NCBI GenBank assembly: GCA_002269645.1
Contig: NIVC01001730.1
Coordinates: forward strand, 62,001-126,000
Length of the DNA stretch: 64,000 bases
Origin: Macrostomum lignano
Lineage: Eukaryota
Reading direction: 5' to 3'
Both the position numbers and the translations under genes were made by a program. The notes under the pieces are model-generated. The model was not told the DNA's origin. It searched no databases and saw only the letters and a list, made by a program, of their open reading frames with translations. Shown one piece after another: positions 1-12,951 of the stretch (positions are counted from its first letter, which is position 1; every line of letters begins with the position of its first letter).

Positions 1-783
1 CACTTCTGAATGAGGACCCAACAACACCTGAGACTCCTGAATGAGGACCCAACACTTCTGAATGAGGACCCAACAACACCTGAGACTCCTGAATGAGGGG
101 CCAACAACACCTGAGACTCCTGAATGAGGGGCCAACAACACCTGAGACTCCTGAATGAGGGCGCCAACAACACCTGAGACTCCTAAATGAGGGGCCAACA
201 ACACCTGAGACTCCTGAATGAGGACCCAACACTTCTGAATGAGGACCCAACAACACCTGAGACTCCTGAATGAGGGGCCAACAACACCTGAGACTCCTAA
301 ATGAGGGGCCAACAACACCTGAGACTCCTAAATGAGAGGCCAACAACACCTGAGACTCCTGAATCAGGGGCCAACAACACCTGAGACTCCTGAATCAGGG
401 GCCAACAACACCTGAGACTCCTGAATGAGGACCCAACACTTCTAAATGAGGACCCAACAACACCTGAGACTCCTAAATGAGGGAGCCAACAACACCTGAG
501 ACTCCTAAATGAGGGGCCAACAACACCTGAGACTCCTAAATGAGGGCGCCAACAACACCTGAGACTCCTAAATGAGGGGGCCAACAACACCTGAGACTCC
601 TAAATGAGGGGCAAACAACACCTGAGACTCCTGAATGAGGACCCAACACTTCTAAATGAGGACCCAACAACACCTGAGACTCCTGAATGAGGGCGCCAAC
701 AACACCTGAGACTCCTAAATGAGGGGCCAACAACACCTGAGACTCCTGAATGAGGACCCAATAACAACTGAGACTCCTAAATG
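1..783. repeat. Minisatellite, ~31-bp unit CCAACAACACCTGAGACTCCTGAATGAGGGG with a shorter variant; truncated by window start
   Basis: Direct reading of tandem units; ORFs 297..838 are read-through of the array. Confidence 0.95.
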
Positions 784-1200
784 ATGCAGAAGTCACAAGC
801 AAAAATTTTGAACTTCCAAGACACCACAGAAACTGCAAATATATTATTTATGGAGTTCACAACAAGAACAGCTGCAAAAGTCTGTAATATGAATTCGGTG
901 CATTAACTTAAATCTAAACTGATTAATTACTTTAAGTAGGCAAGCTGAAACATGCTTAATATTTTGTGTGCTGTTATTTCACAATGCAAAGCTGTTATAG
1001 CATAAACACCATTTGTGGTGAGTAGAGAAGTTGCAAAAAAAGTTAAAAGCAGCTAACATGATCCATAAAATCCAGGACAACAAACGGGACAACGAAACTA
1101 CGAGCTAATAATTGATTTATTTTATCTTCGAGCATGTGTCAACATTAATCAATAAAAACACATAAGTAATATAATTTCTTGCATAAGTAAGAAATAAATT

Positions 1201-2253
1201 GCCGCCATTTCCTCCAGTCATTTGATGACAAACTGCCATTCCCTCCAGTCATTTGAGGACAAACTGCCATTCCCTCCAGTCATTTGATGACAAACTGCCA
1301 TTCCCTCCAGTCATTTGATGACAAACTGCCATTCCCTCCAGTCATTTGATGACACACTGCCATTCCCTCCAGTCATTTGATGACAAACTGCCATTCCCTC
1401 CAGTCATTTGATGACAAACTGCCATTCCCTCCAGTCATTTGATGACACACTGCCATTCCCTCCAGTCATTTGATGACAAACTGCCATTCCCTCCAGTCAT
1501 TTGATGACAAACTGCCATTCCCTCCAGTCATTTGATGACAACTGCCATTCCCTCCAGTCATTTGATGACAAACTGCCATTCCCTCCAGTCATTTGATGAC
1601 AAACTGCCATTCCCTCCAGTCATTTGATGACAAACTGCCATTCCCTCCAGTCATTTGATGACAAATGCCATTCCCTCCAGTCATTTGATGACAAACTGCC
1701 ATTCCCTCCAGTCATTTGATGACAAACTGCCATTCCCTCCAGTCATTTGATGACAAATTGCCATTCCCTCCAGTCATTTGATGACAAACTGCCATTCCCT
1801 CCAGTCATTTGATGACAAACTGCCATTCCCTCCAGTCATTTGATGACACACTGCCATTCCCTCCAGTCATTTGATGACAAATTGCCATTCCCTCCAGTCA
1901 TTTGATGACAAACTGCCATTCCCTCCAGTCATTTGATGACAAATTGCCATTCCCTCCAGTCATTTGATGACAAACTGCCATTCCCTCAAGTCATTTGATG
2001 ACAAATTGCCATTCCCTCCAGTCATTTGATGACAAACTGCCATTCCCTCCAGTCATTTGATGACAAATTGCCATTCCCTACAGTCATTTGATGACAAATT
2101 GCCATTCCCTACAGTCATTTGATGACAAACTGCCATTCCCTCCAGTCATTTGATGACAAACTGCCATTCCCTCCAGTCATTTGATGACAAACTGCCATTC
2201 CCTCCAGTCATTTGATGACAAACTGCCATTCCCTCCAGTCATTTGATGACAAA
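1201..2253. repeat. Minisatellite, 31-bp unit CTGCCATTCCCTCCAGTCATTTGATGACAAA, ~34 near-identical copies, just 3' of the GPCR stop
   Basis: Direct reading; unit contains the hairpin GTCAT-TTG-ATGAC. Confidence 0.97.
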
Positions 2254-2357
2254 ATTTAGGGTTTTTTCAACCAGAGCAATCGTGAATTTTGTAGTTTAAT
2301 CGGGACTAAAAGGACCCCTGACTGCCTCTGTCCCAAATTCACAGGGGAGATCCTGGC

Positions 2358-5300
2358 TTAGAGCTCATCCTCTGAGCACTCGGGCAGCACTTGGCTCCAT
2401 CTGGCCGTGGTTGCCCTTGCACTGTCCATCGGACAGGAGTCCTTCCCGAAGCCGCTTCCGTCGCCCTCGGAGAACTGCTGACTACTCGGCCAGTCGTCCT
2501 CCTCGGGCAGCAGGCTGCAGTTCCGGAAATTGTGCCCCTCCGACGCCTCCGAGTTGCCTTCGTTGTCGACGTCGTGCGAAGCCGCCGCCGCCTCCCGGTG
2601 CACCAGCACGTCTGTCGTGCTCGCCGACGAGTCCGTGTTGCAGACAGTCGCCGACAGCGCTGTCTCCTGTCGCAGTTGGTTCTTCTTCGGCTTGCTGTCC
2701 AACGCCGTGGACGAAGTGCCCGAACCGCCCGTGCCGGCCGTCTTCGCGTTTCGCACCGCCACGGCGTGTTGTCGATCCGTGGTGGCCCCGGTTGTGCCGC
2801 CGACGCCGCCGCCGCCTCCAGCAGGCCGGCCGCCGGGGCGATGCCGGTGGTGTCTCGGCCTGGTGACGTAGCTCAGCATTCGGGTGAAGTTCTTTTGCCT
2901 GCAGTGCAGCAGGCTGGCCAGCAGGCGGCGGAACTGCTCCTCGCTGATGCAGTAGATTACGAAATTAACAGAAAAATTGACGAAGTTCAGCGTCAGCGTG
3001 ATGGTCAGCGCGTTGGCCGCCCAGACGTAGCAGTAGGTGCCCGACATGGCGTGAGTGACGATGTGGAACAGAGCCAACGGGAAGCTCAGCAGGATGTAGG
3101 TCGTGGACACCAGGATCAGCCGCTTCGTGACCTGCCGGTCGATCTGCTCATCCGACTGCTGCCCTGACGACGAGGCTTTGCGCAAGTCGTGCCCGTCGCC
3201 GCGGCGCCGGAGCACGAACAGGATGACCAGGTTGCAGACGCCCGTGACAAAAAAGGGCACAACAGACAGCGACAGGACGTGGAACACGGCGAACGGTTTG
3301 AACACGGCGAAGTTGATGCGGCACTCGGACACCGGCTGGCAGTCCAGACCGATGCCCGGCGGCAGGAGGCTGTGCGGCGCCGTTGACAAGTCGGCCGGTT
3401 CAGCTTTGCCAAGCAGGCCGCTGATGTTGGCGAATGCCGCCGATGCTGACCGACTTCGGCTGGCGTTGCTGCGCTTGAAGGACGGCGGGGTGGCGAGCTC
3501 TGACAGCAGCCCCGAGTGCGGCTGCTCGGCCTCGCCAGGGTACACGAATCCGAAGTGGCTGTGAGTCGGCTGGGTGCCGTTGTTCCCATCGACGAAGACT
3601 GTCTCGCTGACGCTGCCGCCGACGCCGCCGTCCGTCTGGTTGCTGTCGATGTCGCGTCCTCCGCTTTCGCACTTGGCATTGCTGAGCAACTCGTCCGAGT
3701 AGACGGTCTCGCCAGTGTCGTTCCGGTACAGCCGGCTGGGATGGTTGACCACGTAGCGCCGGAAGCTGAACAGCGCCGGGGAGGACAGCAGGCAGCTGGA
3801 CACGACCAGGCAGGCCACGGCGATGCGCGCCTTGCGCAGCGTGAGCCGTCGAGACCAGCGGAACGGATTCACCAGGACCAGGGCGCGCTCGATGCTGAAG
3901 AACACGATGATGTACACTGAGACCATGATCGCCGAGTAAGTGATGAACATGCGGATGTTGCAGGCGGGAAACGAGTTCACCAGCATGGACACCGGGTTCA
4001 GCGGGCTTAGGTGAATGGCTGGGCGGAGCATCATCTGCATGGAGGTGAGTAGTGCATTGAACACCAGAGCGAAGCAGTCGGCAACAGCCAGCGCCCGAAG
4101 ATAGAAAGTGCTGGACTGGTTCCGGCGGCTCTTGTCGTAGCCCAGAATCATGAAGGACATGGTGTTGCCTGCGAGACGGGATGCTTGGGTTTCAGTGGCG
4201 CTTGCGGCCCTGCCCCTCTGCACCCGACTGTTGCAGCCACCTCACTCCCTGCCTCACTGCACCCCCGACTGTTGTAGCCACCACACTCCCTGCCCCTCTT
4301 CCCCCTGACTGTTGCAGCCACCTCACTCCCTGCCTCACTGCACCCCCGACTGTTGCAGCCACCACACTCCCTGCCCCTCTTCCCCCTGACTGTTGCAGCC
4401 ACCTCACTCCCTCCCCCTCTGCACCCCCAACTGTTGCAGCCACCCCACTCCTTGCCCCACTGCACCCCCGACTGTTGCAGCCACCCCACTCCTTGCCCCA
4501 CTGCACCCCCCGACTGTTGCAGCCACCACACTCCCTGCCCCTCTTCCCCCTGACTGTTGCAGCCACCTCACTCTCTGCCTCACTGCACACCCGACTGTTG
4601 CAGCCACCACACTCCCTGCCCCTCTTCCCCCTGACTGTTGCAGCCACCTCACTCTCTGCCTCACTGCACCCCCGGCTGTTGCAGCCACCTGACTCCCTCC
4701 CACTCTGCACCCCCGACTATTGCAGCCACCTCACTCCCTGCCCCTCTGCACCCCCGACTATTGCAGCCACCTGACTCCCTCCCCCTCTGCACCCCCGACT
4801 ATTGCAGCCACCTCACTCCCTGCCCCTCTGCACCCCCGACTGTTGCAGCCACCACACTCCCTGCCCCTCTTCCCCCTGACTGTTGCAGCCACCTCACTCC
4901 CTGCCTCACTGCACCCCGACTGTGGCAGCCACCTCACTCTCTGCCTCACTGCACCCCCGACTGTTGCAGCCACCTCACTCCCTCCCCCTCTGCAACCCCC
5001 GACTGTTGCAGCCACCTGACTCCCTCCCCCTCTGCACCCCCAACTGTTGCAGCCACCTCAGTCCCTGCCTCACTGCACCCTCGACTGTTGCAGCCACCTC
5101 ACTCCCTGCCTCACTGCACCCCCGACTGTTGCAGCCACCTCACTCCCTGCCCCTCTGCACCCCCGACTGTTGCAGCTAGCATATAAAAATAGCTGGAAGC
5201 TGGTCCTGCATGAGCAAACTAAGCTAAGAGCTAAATATTGCTTAATAGTTGCTTAATATTTATCACCCTTTGCCAGACTAAAATCTGGTCAGCAAATCTG

Positions 5301-7062
5301 GAAGCAGTATTGCGGCGAGTTAGATTTCCTCAGTCTCGGCCAGTAAGCACGGCATATATGAGCTGCTCACTGTAGTGTGCCCAATACCGTATCGAGGCCT
5401 AAGGTTAAACGAACTCCAGTAACAGATTCCTATGCCAACAAAATAAATATTTGACAAAAGTCTGAATAACTCTCTGGATCCGAGTTGGAGATGCTGGCCT
5501 GAGTTCAAGCCGGCTAGGAACCCTGACCAGATGCTTCATTATTTGATACTCAAAGGAAGTCTACTTCATGAAGTCTTTTCTTATCAGGATTTTTTAGAAA
5601 CTTCCGCTCCGTCTTCAACAAAATGGCTGTTTCTTTTAGATTTTCTTCTGGACAGCGAATGCTCACCCTGGCTAATTCGAGCAGATTCGAGGGAGTGGAT
5701 AGGTAGATTAGAGGGAGTGGACAGGTAGATTCGAGGGAGTGGACAGGTAGATTAGAGGGAGTGGACTGGTAGATTCGAGGGAGTGGACAGGTAGATTAGA
5801 GGGAGTGGACAGGTAGATTCGAGGGAGTGGACAGGTAGATTAGAGGGAGTGGACTGGTAGATTCGAGGGAGTGGACAGGTAGATTAGAGGGAGTGGACAG
5901 GTAGATTCGAGGAAGTGGACAGGTAGATTCGAGGGAGTGGACAGGTAGATTCGAGGGAGTGGACAGGTAGATTCGAGGGAGTGGACAGTTAGCTTCGGGG
6001 GAGTGGACTGGTAGATTCAAGGGAGTGGAGAGGGAGCGGAGAGGGAGCGCAGAGGGAGCGAAGAGGCAGCAGAGGAGGAGCGGAGAGGGAGCGCAGAGGG
6101 AGCGGAGAGGCAGCAGAGGAGGAGCGGAGATGGAGCGGAGAGGGAGCGGAGAGGCAGCAGAGGAGGAGCGGAGAGGGAGCGAAGAGGGAGCGGAGAGGGA
6201 GCGGAGAGGGAGCGAAGAGGGAGCGAAGAGGGAGCGGAGAGGCAGCGGAGAGGCAGCGGAGAGGGAGCGAAGAGGCAGCGGAGAGGCAGCGGAGAGGCAG
6301 CGGAGAGGCAGCGGAGAGGGAGCGAAGAGGGAGCGAAGAGGGAGCGGAGAGGCAGCGGAGAGGCAGCGGAGAGGGAGCGAAGAGGCAGCGGAGAGGCAGC
6401 GGAGAGGCAGCGGAGAGGCAGCGGAGAGGGAGCGGAGAGGGAGCGGAGAGGGAGCGAAGAGGGAGCGGAGAGGGAGCGAAGAGGGAGCGGAGAGGGAGCG
6501 GAGAGGGAGCGGAGAGGGAGCGAAGAGGGAGCGAAGAGGGAGCGAAGAGGGAGCGGAGAGGCAGCGGAGAGGCAGCGGAGAGGGAGCGAAGAGGCAGCGG
6601 AGAGGCAGCGGAGAGGCAGCGGAGAGGCAGCGGAGAGGGAGCGGAGAGGGAGTGGAGAGGGAGCGAAGAGGGAGCGGAGAGGGAGCGAAGAGGGAGCGGA
6701 GAGGGAGCGGAGAGGGAGCGGAGAGGGAGCGAAGAGGGAGCGAAGAGGCAGCGGAGAGGCAGCGGAGAGGCAGCGGAGAGGCAGCGGAGAGGCAGCGGAG
6801 AGGGAGCGGAGAAGCAGATCAAATACCAGATTGAGATGCAGATTAGAGTGTCAAAAAAGTGCAGAAGCTCACCGAACAGGCCCAGCAAGCAGCAAGCAGC
6901 GAGCAGCGAGCAGCAGCAAGCTGAAGATGTAGCAGAACCACAGTACGGGAGTGCTGGCGATGTACATAATTGGCACTCTGAAATTGTCGTTGAATTTGAG
7001 AATATTGAACCAACGTCAATAAGACCCCCGCTATTTATAGAATTTAAAAAGATACAAACTGA
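2358..7062 (-). CDS. Class A (rhodopsin-like) peptide GPCR, FMRFamide/TRH-receptor-like; exons 7062-6873 and 4168-2358; start codon further 5' not located
   Basis: Splicing 6873|GTGAGC to TCTCGCAG|4168 (phase 1) restores TM1 (ACCLLGLFGNTMSFMILG). TM2 YLRALAVAD, TM3 FSIERA (DRY-like), TM5 VVPFFVTGVCN, TM6 ILLSFP, TM7 NFSVNFVIYC. Acceptor at 7063 is tentative. Confidence 0.85.
4210..5177. repeat. Intronic minisatellite, 40-41-bp unit (CCCGACTGTTGCAGCCACCTCACTCCCTGCCCCTCTGCACC), ~23 copies
   Basis: TTGCAGCC core recurs at 4231, 4272, 4312, 4353 etc.; begins ~40 bp from the GPCR acceptor. Confidence 0.95.
5684..6025. repeat. Intronic minisatellite, 22-bp unit GATTCGAGGGAGTGGACAGGTA, ~15 copies
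   Basis: 22-bp period read directly (5684, 5706, 5728). Confidence 0.95.
6025..6812. repeat. Intronic purine-rich 12-bp array (GCGGAGAGGGAG / GCGGAGAGGCAG / GCGAAGAGGGAG), ~65 copies
   Basis: Direct reading; abuts the 22-bp array and ends ~60 bp before the GPCR donor. Confidence 0.95.
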
Positions 7063-7607
7063 CTGAGCATCAATATAATATTGATTAATGCTCAAGGGAA
7101 AGTTACAATGGGGCTTATAATCTTACCTTCCCTTGCAGCCGACACCCATGACGGTCAGCTCTCTCTAGTTTTGCAGAGTTCCACCAAGAGAGACTTTTGT
7201 CCGCTATCAGATGAATTCTCTCGGCTAGATGATTTGACAGATTTTCAGTTGAAACTGCTGAAACTGGGACTGCAGAGACTGCTCTTGACCAGCAGCAATA
7301 GCAGCAATTTACTAGCAGCAAAAGCAGCAATGCTTTGTTTCGGAACAGATGGTTTAAACTGTCTGGCGGATATGCAGTCTCGCTCTCTCCCCACTTCTAT
7401 AGGGCTGCAACGAGCTTTCATGCAACGATTTTAAGGGGAAAAATCTCCCCTTCCTACCCCGATTCGGAGGGCTCCCGCGTGCAGGACTGGGGTTGGGGGT
7501 CCGGGCGTTCTGGGCGCAGGATCTGGCGAGGGGATTTTCATTTTTAGTGCACCTTGATGACGATGATGGAATCAGGGGATTCAGTGATTCGCGCCTCTGT
7601 CACTAAC

Positions 7608-8757
7608 AAATTTGCAGCCTCTGACACCCCAGATTGGAGCCTCTGACACCATAGATTGCAGCCTCTGACACCACAGATTGGAGCCTCTGACACCACAGAT
7701 TGGAGCCTCTGACACCCCAGATTGGAGCCTCTGACACCATAGATTGGAGACTCTGACACCCCAGATTGGAGCCTCTGACACCACAGATTGGAGACTTTGA
7801 CACCCCAGATTGGAGCCTCTGACACCCCAGATTGGAGACTCTGACACCATAGATTGGAGACTCTGACACCACAGATTGGAGCCTCTGACACCACAGATTG
7901 GAGCCTCTGACACCATAGATTGGAGACTCTGACACCACAGATTGGAGCCTCTGACACCACAGATTAGAGCCTCTGACACCATAGATTGGAGACTCTGACA
8001 CCACAGATTGGAGACTCTGACACCACAGATTAGAGCCTCTGACACCATAGATTGGAGCCTCTGACACCATAGATTGGAGCCTCTGACACCATAGATTGGA
8101 GCCTCTGACACCATAGATTGGAGCCTCTGACACCACAGATTGGAGACTTTGACACCCCAGATTGGAGACTCTGACACCCCAGATTGGAGCCTCTGACACC
8201 ATAGATTGCAGCCTCTGACACCCCAGATTGGAGCCTCTGACACCACAAATTGGAGCCTCTGACACCACAGATTGGAGCAGCTGATATCCCAGATTGGAGC
8301 AGCTGATATCCCAGATTGGAGCAGCTGACACCATACGAGCGTAGATTACAGCCTTTGACACCCCAGATTGGAGACTCTGACACCACAAATTGGAGCCTCT
8401 GACACCACAGATTAGAGCCTCTGACACCCCAGATTGGAGTCTCTGACACCCAAGATTAGAGCCTCTGACACCACAGATTGGAGCCTCTGACACCACAGAT
8501 TGGAGCCTCTGACACCCAAGATTAGAGCCTCTGACACCCCAGATTGGAGCCTCTGACACCCCAGATTGGAGACTCTGACACCACAGATTGGAGACTCTGA
8601 CACCACAGATTGGAGACTCTGACACCACAAATTGGAGACTCTGACACCACAAATTGGAGACTCTGACACCACAAATTGGAGACTCTGACACCACAGATTG
8701 GAGCCCCTGACACCACAGATTGGAGCCTCTGACACCACAGATTGGAGACTCTGACAC
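7608..8757. repeat. Minisatellite, 22-bp unit CTCTGACACCACAGATTGGAGC, ~52 copies
   Basis: Direct reading; ORFs 7544..8779 are read-through. Confidence 0.96.
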
Positions 8758-9289
8758 ACCAGACCGGCGCTTTTGACAAGAAAATTTTTGAGTTCTAAAT
8801 TGTCAGTAGAAATGTACTTTTCTGCGGTTAGTTTCCTTTCCAGTTAGTACAATCTAGAAGTCCATGGCCGAGGCCGTTCCTCGGTGCTATCTCTCTCTCT
8901 CCCTCTCTCTCCCCCTCTATCCAGGACTGCATTTTTCGATTCGACAGGCCACGAAGGCTGGGGCTGGGCAGAATCTTTGATAGGAGGCTGGGCGAAAAAA
9001 TAATAGAGCTCTCTCTTCATCACTCATGGGATCTTTGCAACAACCGAGGTCCTCGCGCTGTGCAGCGAATGCTCCCCTGGCCGCCAACTGACGGCGAAAA
9101 AGTCCTGCCAGAATTTTGGCGAAGTGCCGAAACAAAATTTATGCGCGCATTCGAGATGCGATGGAGATTCAAACTGGCTGAGACCGTCATTGAGATGCGG
9201 CCCGCGCTGCCCCCCCCCCACTGCTGTGCCCTGCCTTCATCCGCCTCCTGCCTGCACCACCACTTTATCTTGACCCGTGGGCTTGGTGT

Positions 9290-10012
9290 ACTCTCTCCTC
9301 TCTCCTCTCCCTTATTCCCTTTCTCTTTTCTTTTCTCTCCTCTCTCCTCCCCTCTCTCCTCTCTCCTCCCCTCTCTCCTCTCTCCTCGCCTCTCTCCTCT
9401 CTCCTCCCCTCTCTCCTCTCTCCTCGCCTCTCTCCTCTCTCCTCCCCTCTCTCCTCTCTCCTCCCCTCTCTCCTCTCTCCTCCCCTCTCTCCTCTCTCCT
9501 CCCCTCTCTCCTCTCCCCTCTCTGCTCCCTCCTCCCCTCTCTGCTCTCTCCTCCCCTCTCTCCTCCCTCCTCCCCTCTCTGCTCTCTCCTCCCCTCTCTC
9601 CTCTCTCCTCGCCTCTCTCCTCTCTCCTCCCCTCTCTCCTCTCTCCTCCCCTCTCTCCTCTCTCCTCCCCTCTCTCCTCTCTCCTCCCCTCTCTCCTCTC
9701 TCCTCCCCTCTCTCCTCTCCCCTCTCTGCTCCCTCCTCCCCTCTCTGCTCTCTCCTCCCCTCTCTCCTCTCTCCTCCCCTCTCTGCTCTCTCCTCCCCTC
9801 TCTCCTCTCTCCTCCCCTCTCTCCTCTCTCCTCCCCTCTCTCCTCTCTCCTCCCCTCTCTCCTCTCTCCTCCCCTCTCTCCTCTCTCCTCCCCTCTCTCT
9901 CTCTCCTCCCCTCTCTCCTCTCTCCTCCCCTCTCTCCTCTCTCCTCCCCTCTCTCCTCTCCCCTCTCTGCTCCCTCCTCCCCTCTCTGCTCTCTCCTCCC
10001 CTCTCTCCTCTC
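9290..10012. repeat. Pyrimidine-only array, ~19-bp unit CTCTCCTCTCTCCTCCCCT
   Basis: Direct reading; almost exclusively C/T. Confidence 0.93.
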
Positions 10013-10409
10013 TACTCCAGTATACTCTACCCGGAAGTCACCAGCTGAGATAGGCTCGCTTCTGAGAATTTATACCCTACAAATCAGATTGCAGCACAGA
10101 ATTGCAGCCTATTTTCCTGTGACTAGAGTTTATCAGTCTCAGGGAAAACTAGACTCAATGCTGAGGCATTATTACTCGCAGGGTAATGCCTGGAGAGAGA
10201 TGCGTTGAATAGGAGTAATTAAATGACCCTTATATATTCCATTTTGCAGTTGGCCAAAACGCACCATAACTTTATATATTATGAATCTATGGAGTCTGAC
10301 TATAAAAAATGCTAGCTCAAACTTCGAGCGCTTTTATTGATTATGAATATGAAAATATTGTAGACAAAGATACGAAGATCAGTGCACGCGAAGATCATTG
10401 AATGCCACA

Positions 10410-12192
10410 TAAGATAGAACAGAGAGTAGAACAGAGGGTAGAACAGAGGATAGAACAGAGGATAGAACAGAGGATAGAACAGAGGATAGAACAGAGGAGA
10501 GAACAGAGGATAGAACAGAGGAGAGAACAGAGGATAGAACAGAGGGTAGAACAGAGGGTAGGGCACAGGGTAGAACAAAGGATAAACAGAGGGTAAAACA
10601 GAGGGTAGAACAGAGGGTAGAACAGAGGGTAGAACAGAGGGTAGAACAGAGGGTAGAACAGAGGGTAGAACAGAGGGTAGAACAGAGGAGAGAACAGAGG
10701 ATAGAACAGAGGGTAGAACAGAGGGTAGGGCACAGGGTAGAACAAAGGATAAACAGAGGGTAAAACAGAGGGTAGAACAGAGGGTAGAACAGAGGGTAGA
10801 ACAGAGGGTAGAACAGAGGGTAGAACAGAGGGTAGAACAGAGGGTAGAACAGAGGGTAGAACAGAGGGTAGAACAGAGGGTAGAACAGAGGGTAGAACAG
10901 AGGGTAGAACAGAGGAGAGAACAGAGGATAGAACAGAGGAGAGAACAGAGGATAGAACAGAGGAGAGAACAGAGGATAGAACAGAGGGTAGAACAGAGGG
11001 TAGGGCACAGGGTAGAACAAAGGATAAACAGAGGGTAAAACAGAGGGTAGAACAGAGGGTAGAACAGAGGGTAGAACAGAGGGTAGAACAGAGGGTAGAA
11101 CAGAGGGTAGAACAGAGGGTAGAACAGAGGGTAGAACAGAGGGTAGAACAGAGGGTAGAACAGAGGGTAGAACAGAGGGTAGAACAGAGGGTAGAACAGA
11201 GGGTAGAACAGAGGATAGAACAGAGGGTAGAACAGAGGGTAAAACAGAGGGTAGAACAGAGGGTAGAACAGAGGGTAGAACAGAGGGTAGAACAGAGGAT
11301 AGAACAGAGGATAGAACAGAGGATAGAACAGAGGATAGAACAGAGGAGAGAACAGAGGATAGAACAGATGAGAGAACAGAGGATAGAACAGAGGGTAGAA
11401 CAGAGGGTAGGGCACAGGGTAGAACAAAGGATAAACAGAGGGTAGAACAGAGGGTAGAACAGAGGGTAGAACAGAGGGTAGAACAGAGGGTAGAACAGAG
11501 GGTAGAACAGAGGGTAGAACAGAGGGTAGAACAGAGGGTAGAACAGAGGGTAGAACAGAGGGTAGAACAGAGGGTAGAACAGAGGGTAGAACAGAGGAGA
11601 GAACAGAGGATAGAACAGAGGAGAGAACAGAGGATAGAACAGAGGGTAGAACAGAGGGTAGGGCACAGGGTAGAACAAAGGATAAACAGAGGGTAAAACA
11701 GAGGGTAGAACAGAGGGTAGAACAGAGGGTAGAACAGAGGGTAGAACAGAGGGTAGAACAGAGGGTAGAACAGAGGGTAGAACAGAGGGTAGAACAGAGG
11801 GTAGAACAGAGGATAGAACAGAGGGTAGAACAGAGGGTAGAACAGAGGGTAGAACAGAGGATAGAACAGAGGGTAGAACAGAGGGTAAAACAGAGGGTAG
11901 AACAGAGGGTAGAACAGAGGGTAGAACAGAGGGTAGAACAGAGGATAGAACAAATGATAGAACAGAGGATAGAACAGAGGGTAGGGCACAGGGTAGAACA
12001 AAGGATAGAACAGAGGGTAGAACAGAGGATAGAACAGAGGATAGAACAGAGGGTAGAACAGAGGATAGAACAGAGGGTAGAACAGAGGGTAAAACAGAGG
12101 GTAGAACAGAGGGTAGAACAGAGGATAAACAGAGGGTAAAACAGAGGGTAGAACCGAGGGTAGAACAGAGGGTAGAACAGAGGGTAGAACAG
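10410..12192. repeat. 12-bp array AGAACAGAGGGT with a periodic marker cassette (higher-order structure)
   Basis: Direct reading; marker GGGCACAGGGTAGAACAAAGGATA at 10561, 10728, 11003, 11410, 11661, 11984. Confidence 0.96.
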
Positions 12193-12951
12193 TGAATGAA
12201 ATCAGTGCAGTTGGAAACGCAACAAAATGCGGTTACTAAAATTATCAATAGCTCCACAATACTCCTGATAGCAAGTGTTCGATCAGCAAGAACTGCGCAC
12301 TTTCTCCTAAACGGCTAGAAATAGAAGAAATCATTGATCAGTCAGCACTGGTTTCAATGTCTGGATAGCCCGTTTACAGGAAATATTTCGTAACAAAAGG
12401 TCAAGGAAAACACTGTGGGAGATAAGCTGCCTGTTCTGCATGCCCGTCTGCCTGCGAAACACTCGGGTAAGGATTTTTACAGGCCTGGTTGCCATGGCTA
12501 CAAATTGAAACTGGCTATTGCGACTAAAGCTTGGCCAATAACTATAAGAAGTTTTCTTTAAATTTCTAGTTCGAATGCGTGGAAATTTGTTATGATAAAT
12601 TTACTAGAAGAAGCCTCATCGTGTATGAATTAGGGGATTCTGGTTTTAGCAAGGAGAAGATGAAAGACAAACCACAAGGAACTTCCTATGGGGGATCTTA
12701 GCATCAGCCAAGTTTTTCAAGGTGAGCGAACAGAGGGATTGGGATATTCTTCCCCGCTCATGCCTGGCGCCTCCGTTTCCTTGATGCAAAAATTGTTATC
12801 CACTCGAAGGATCCCCTCCGAATCCCCAAAGCCCTGATTTCATCCTGCTGCGCAGACACCCGCAATTGCCGAGCCGAACCAGGACAGATTTGCACTTTTA
12901 CGTCAAATAACAACCTTATCTTTTAGGCTCGATTCTCCAGATCGTAGACAA

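Noticed and set aside
7115-7330. Signal-peptide-like ORF LLLLLVNCCYCCWSRA
   Set aside because: It starts at TTG and has no ATG in frame back to the TAG at 7397. It may be a GPCR exon but cannot be supported as a gene.
9060-9280. PEFWRSAETKF resembling a hAT dimerisation motif; shared 19-mer CAGCGAATGCTC(A)CCCTGG at 5653 and 9063
   Set aside because: Too short, with no other transposase motifs or TIRs.
5989-12257. Very long ORFs (269-620 aa) such as 5989..7095, 9060..10208 and 10312..12257
   Set aside because: Stop-free read-through of tandem arrays, open in several frames and on both strands with periodic low-complexity translation. Only the 7062-6873 part is a real exon.
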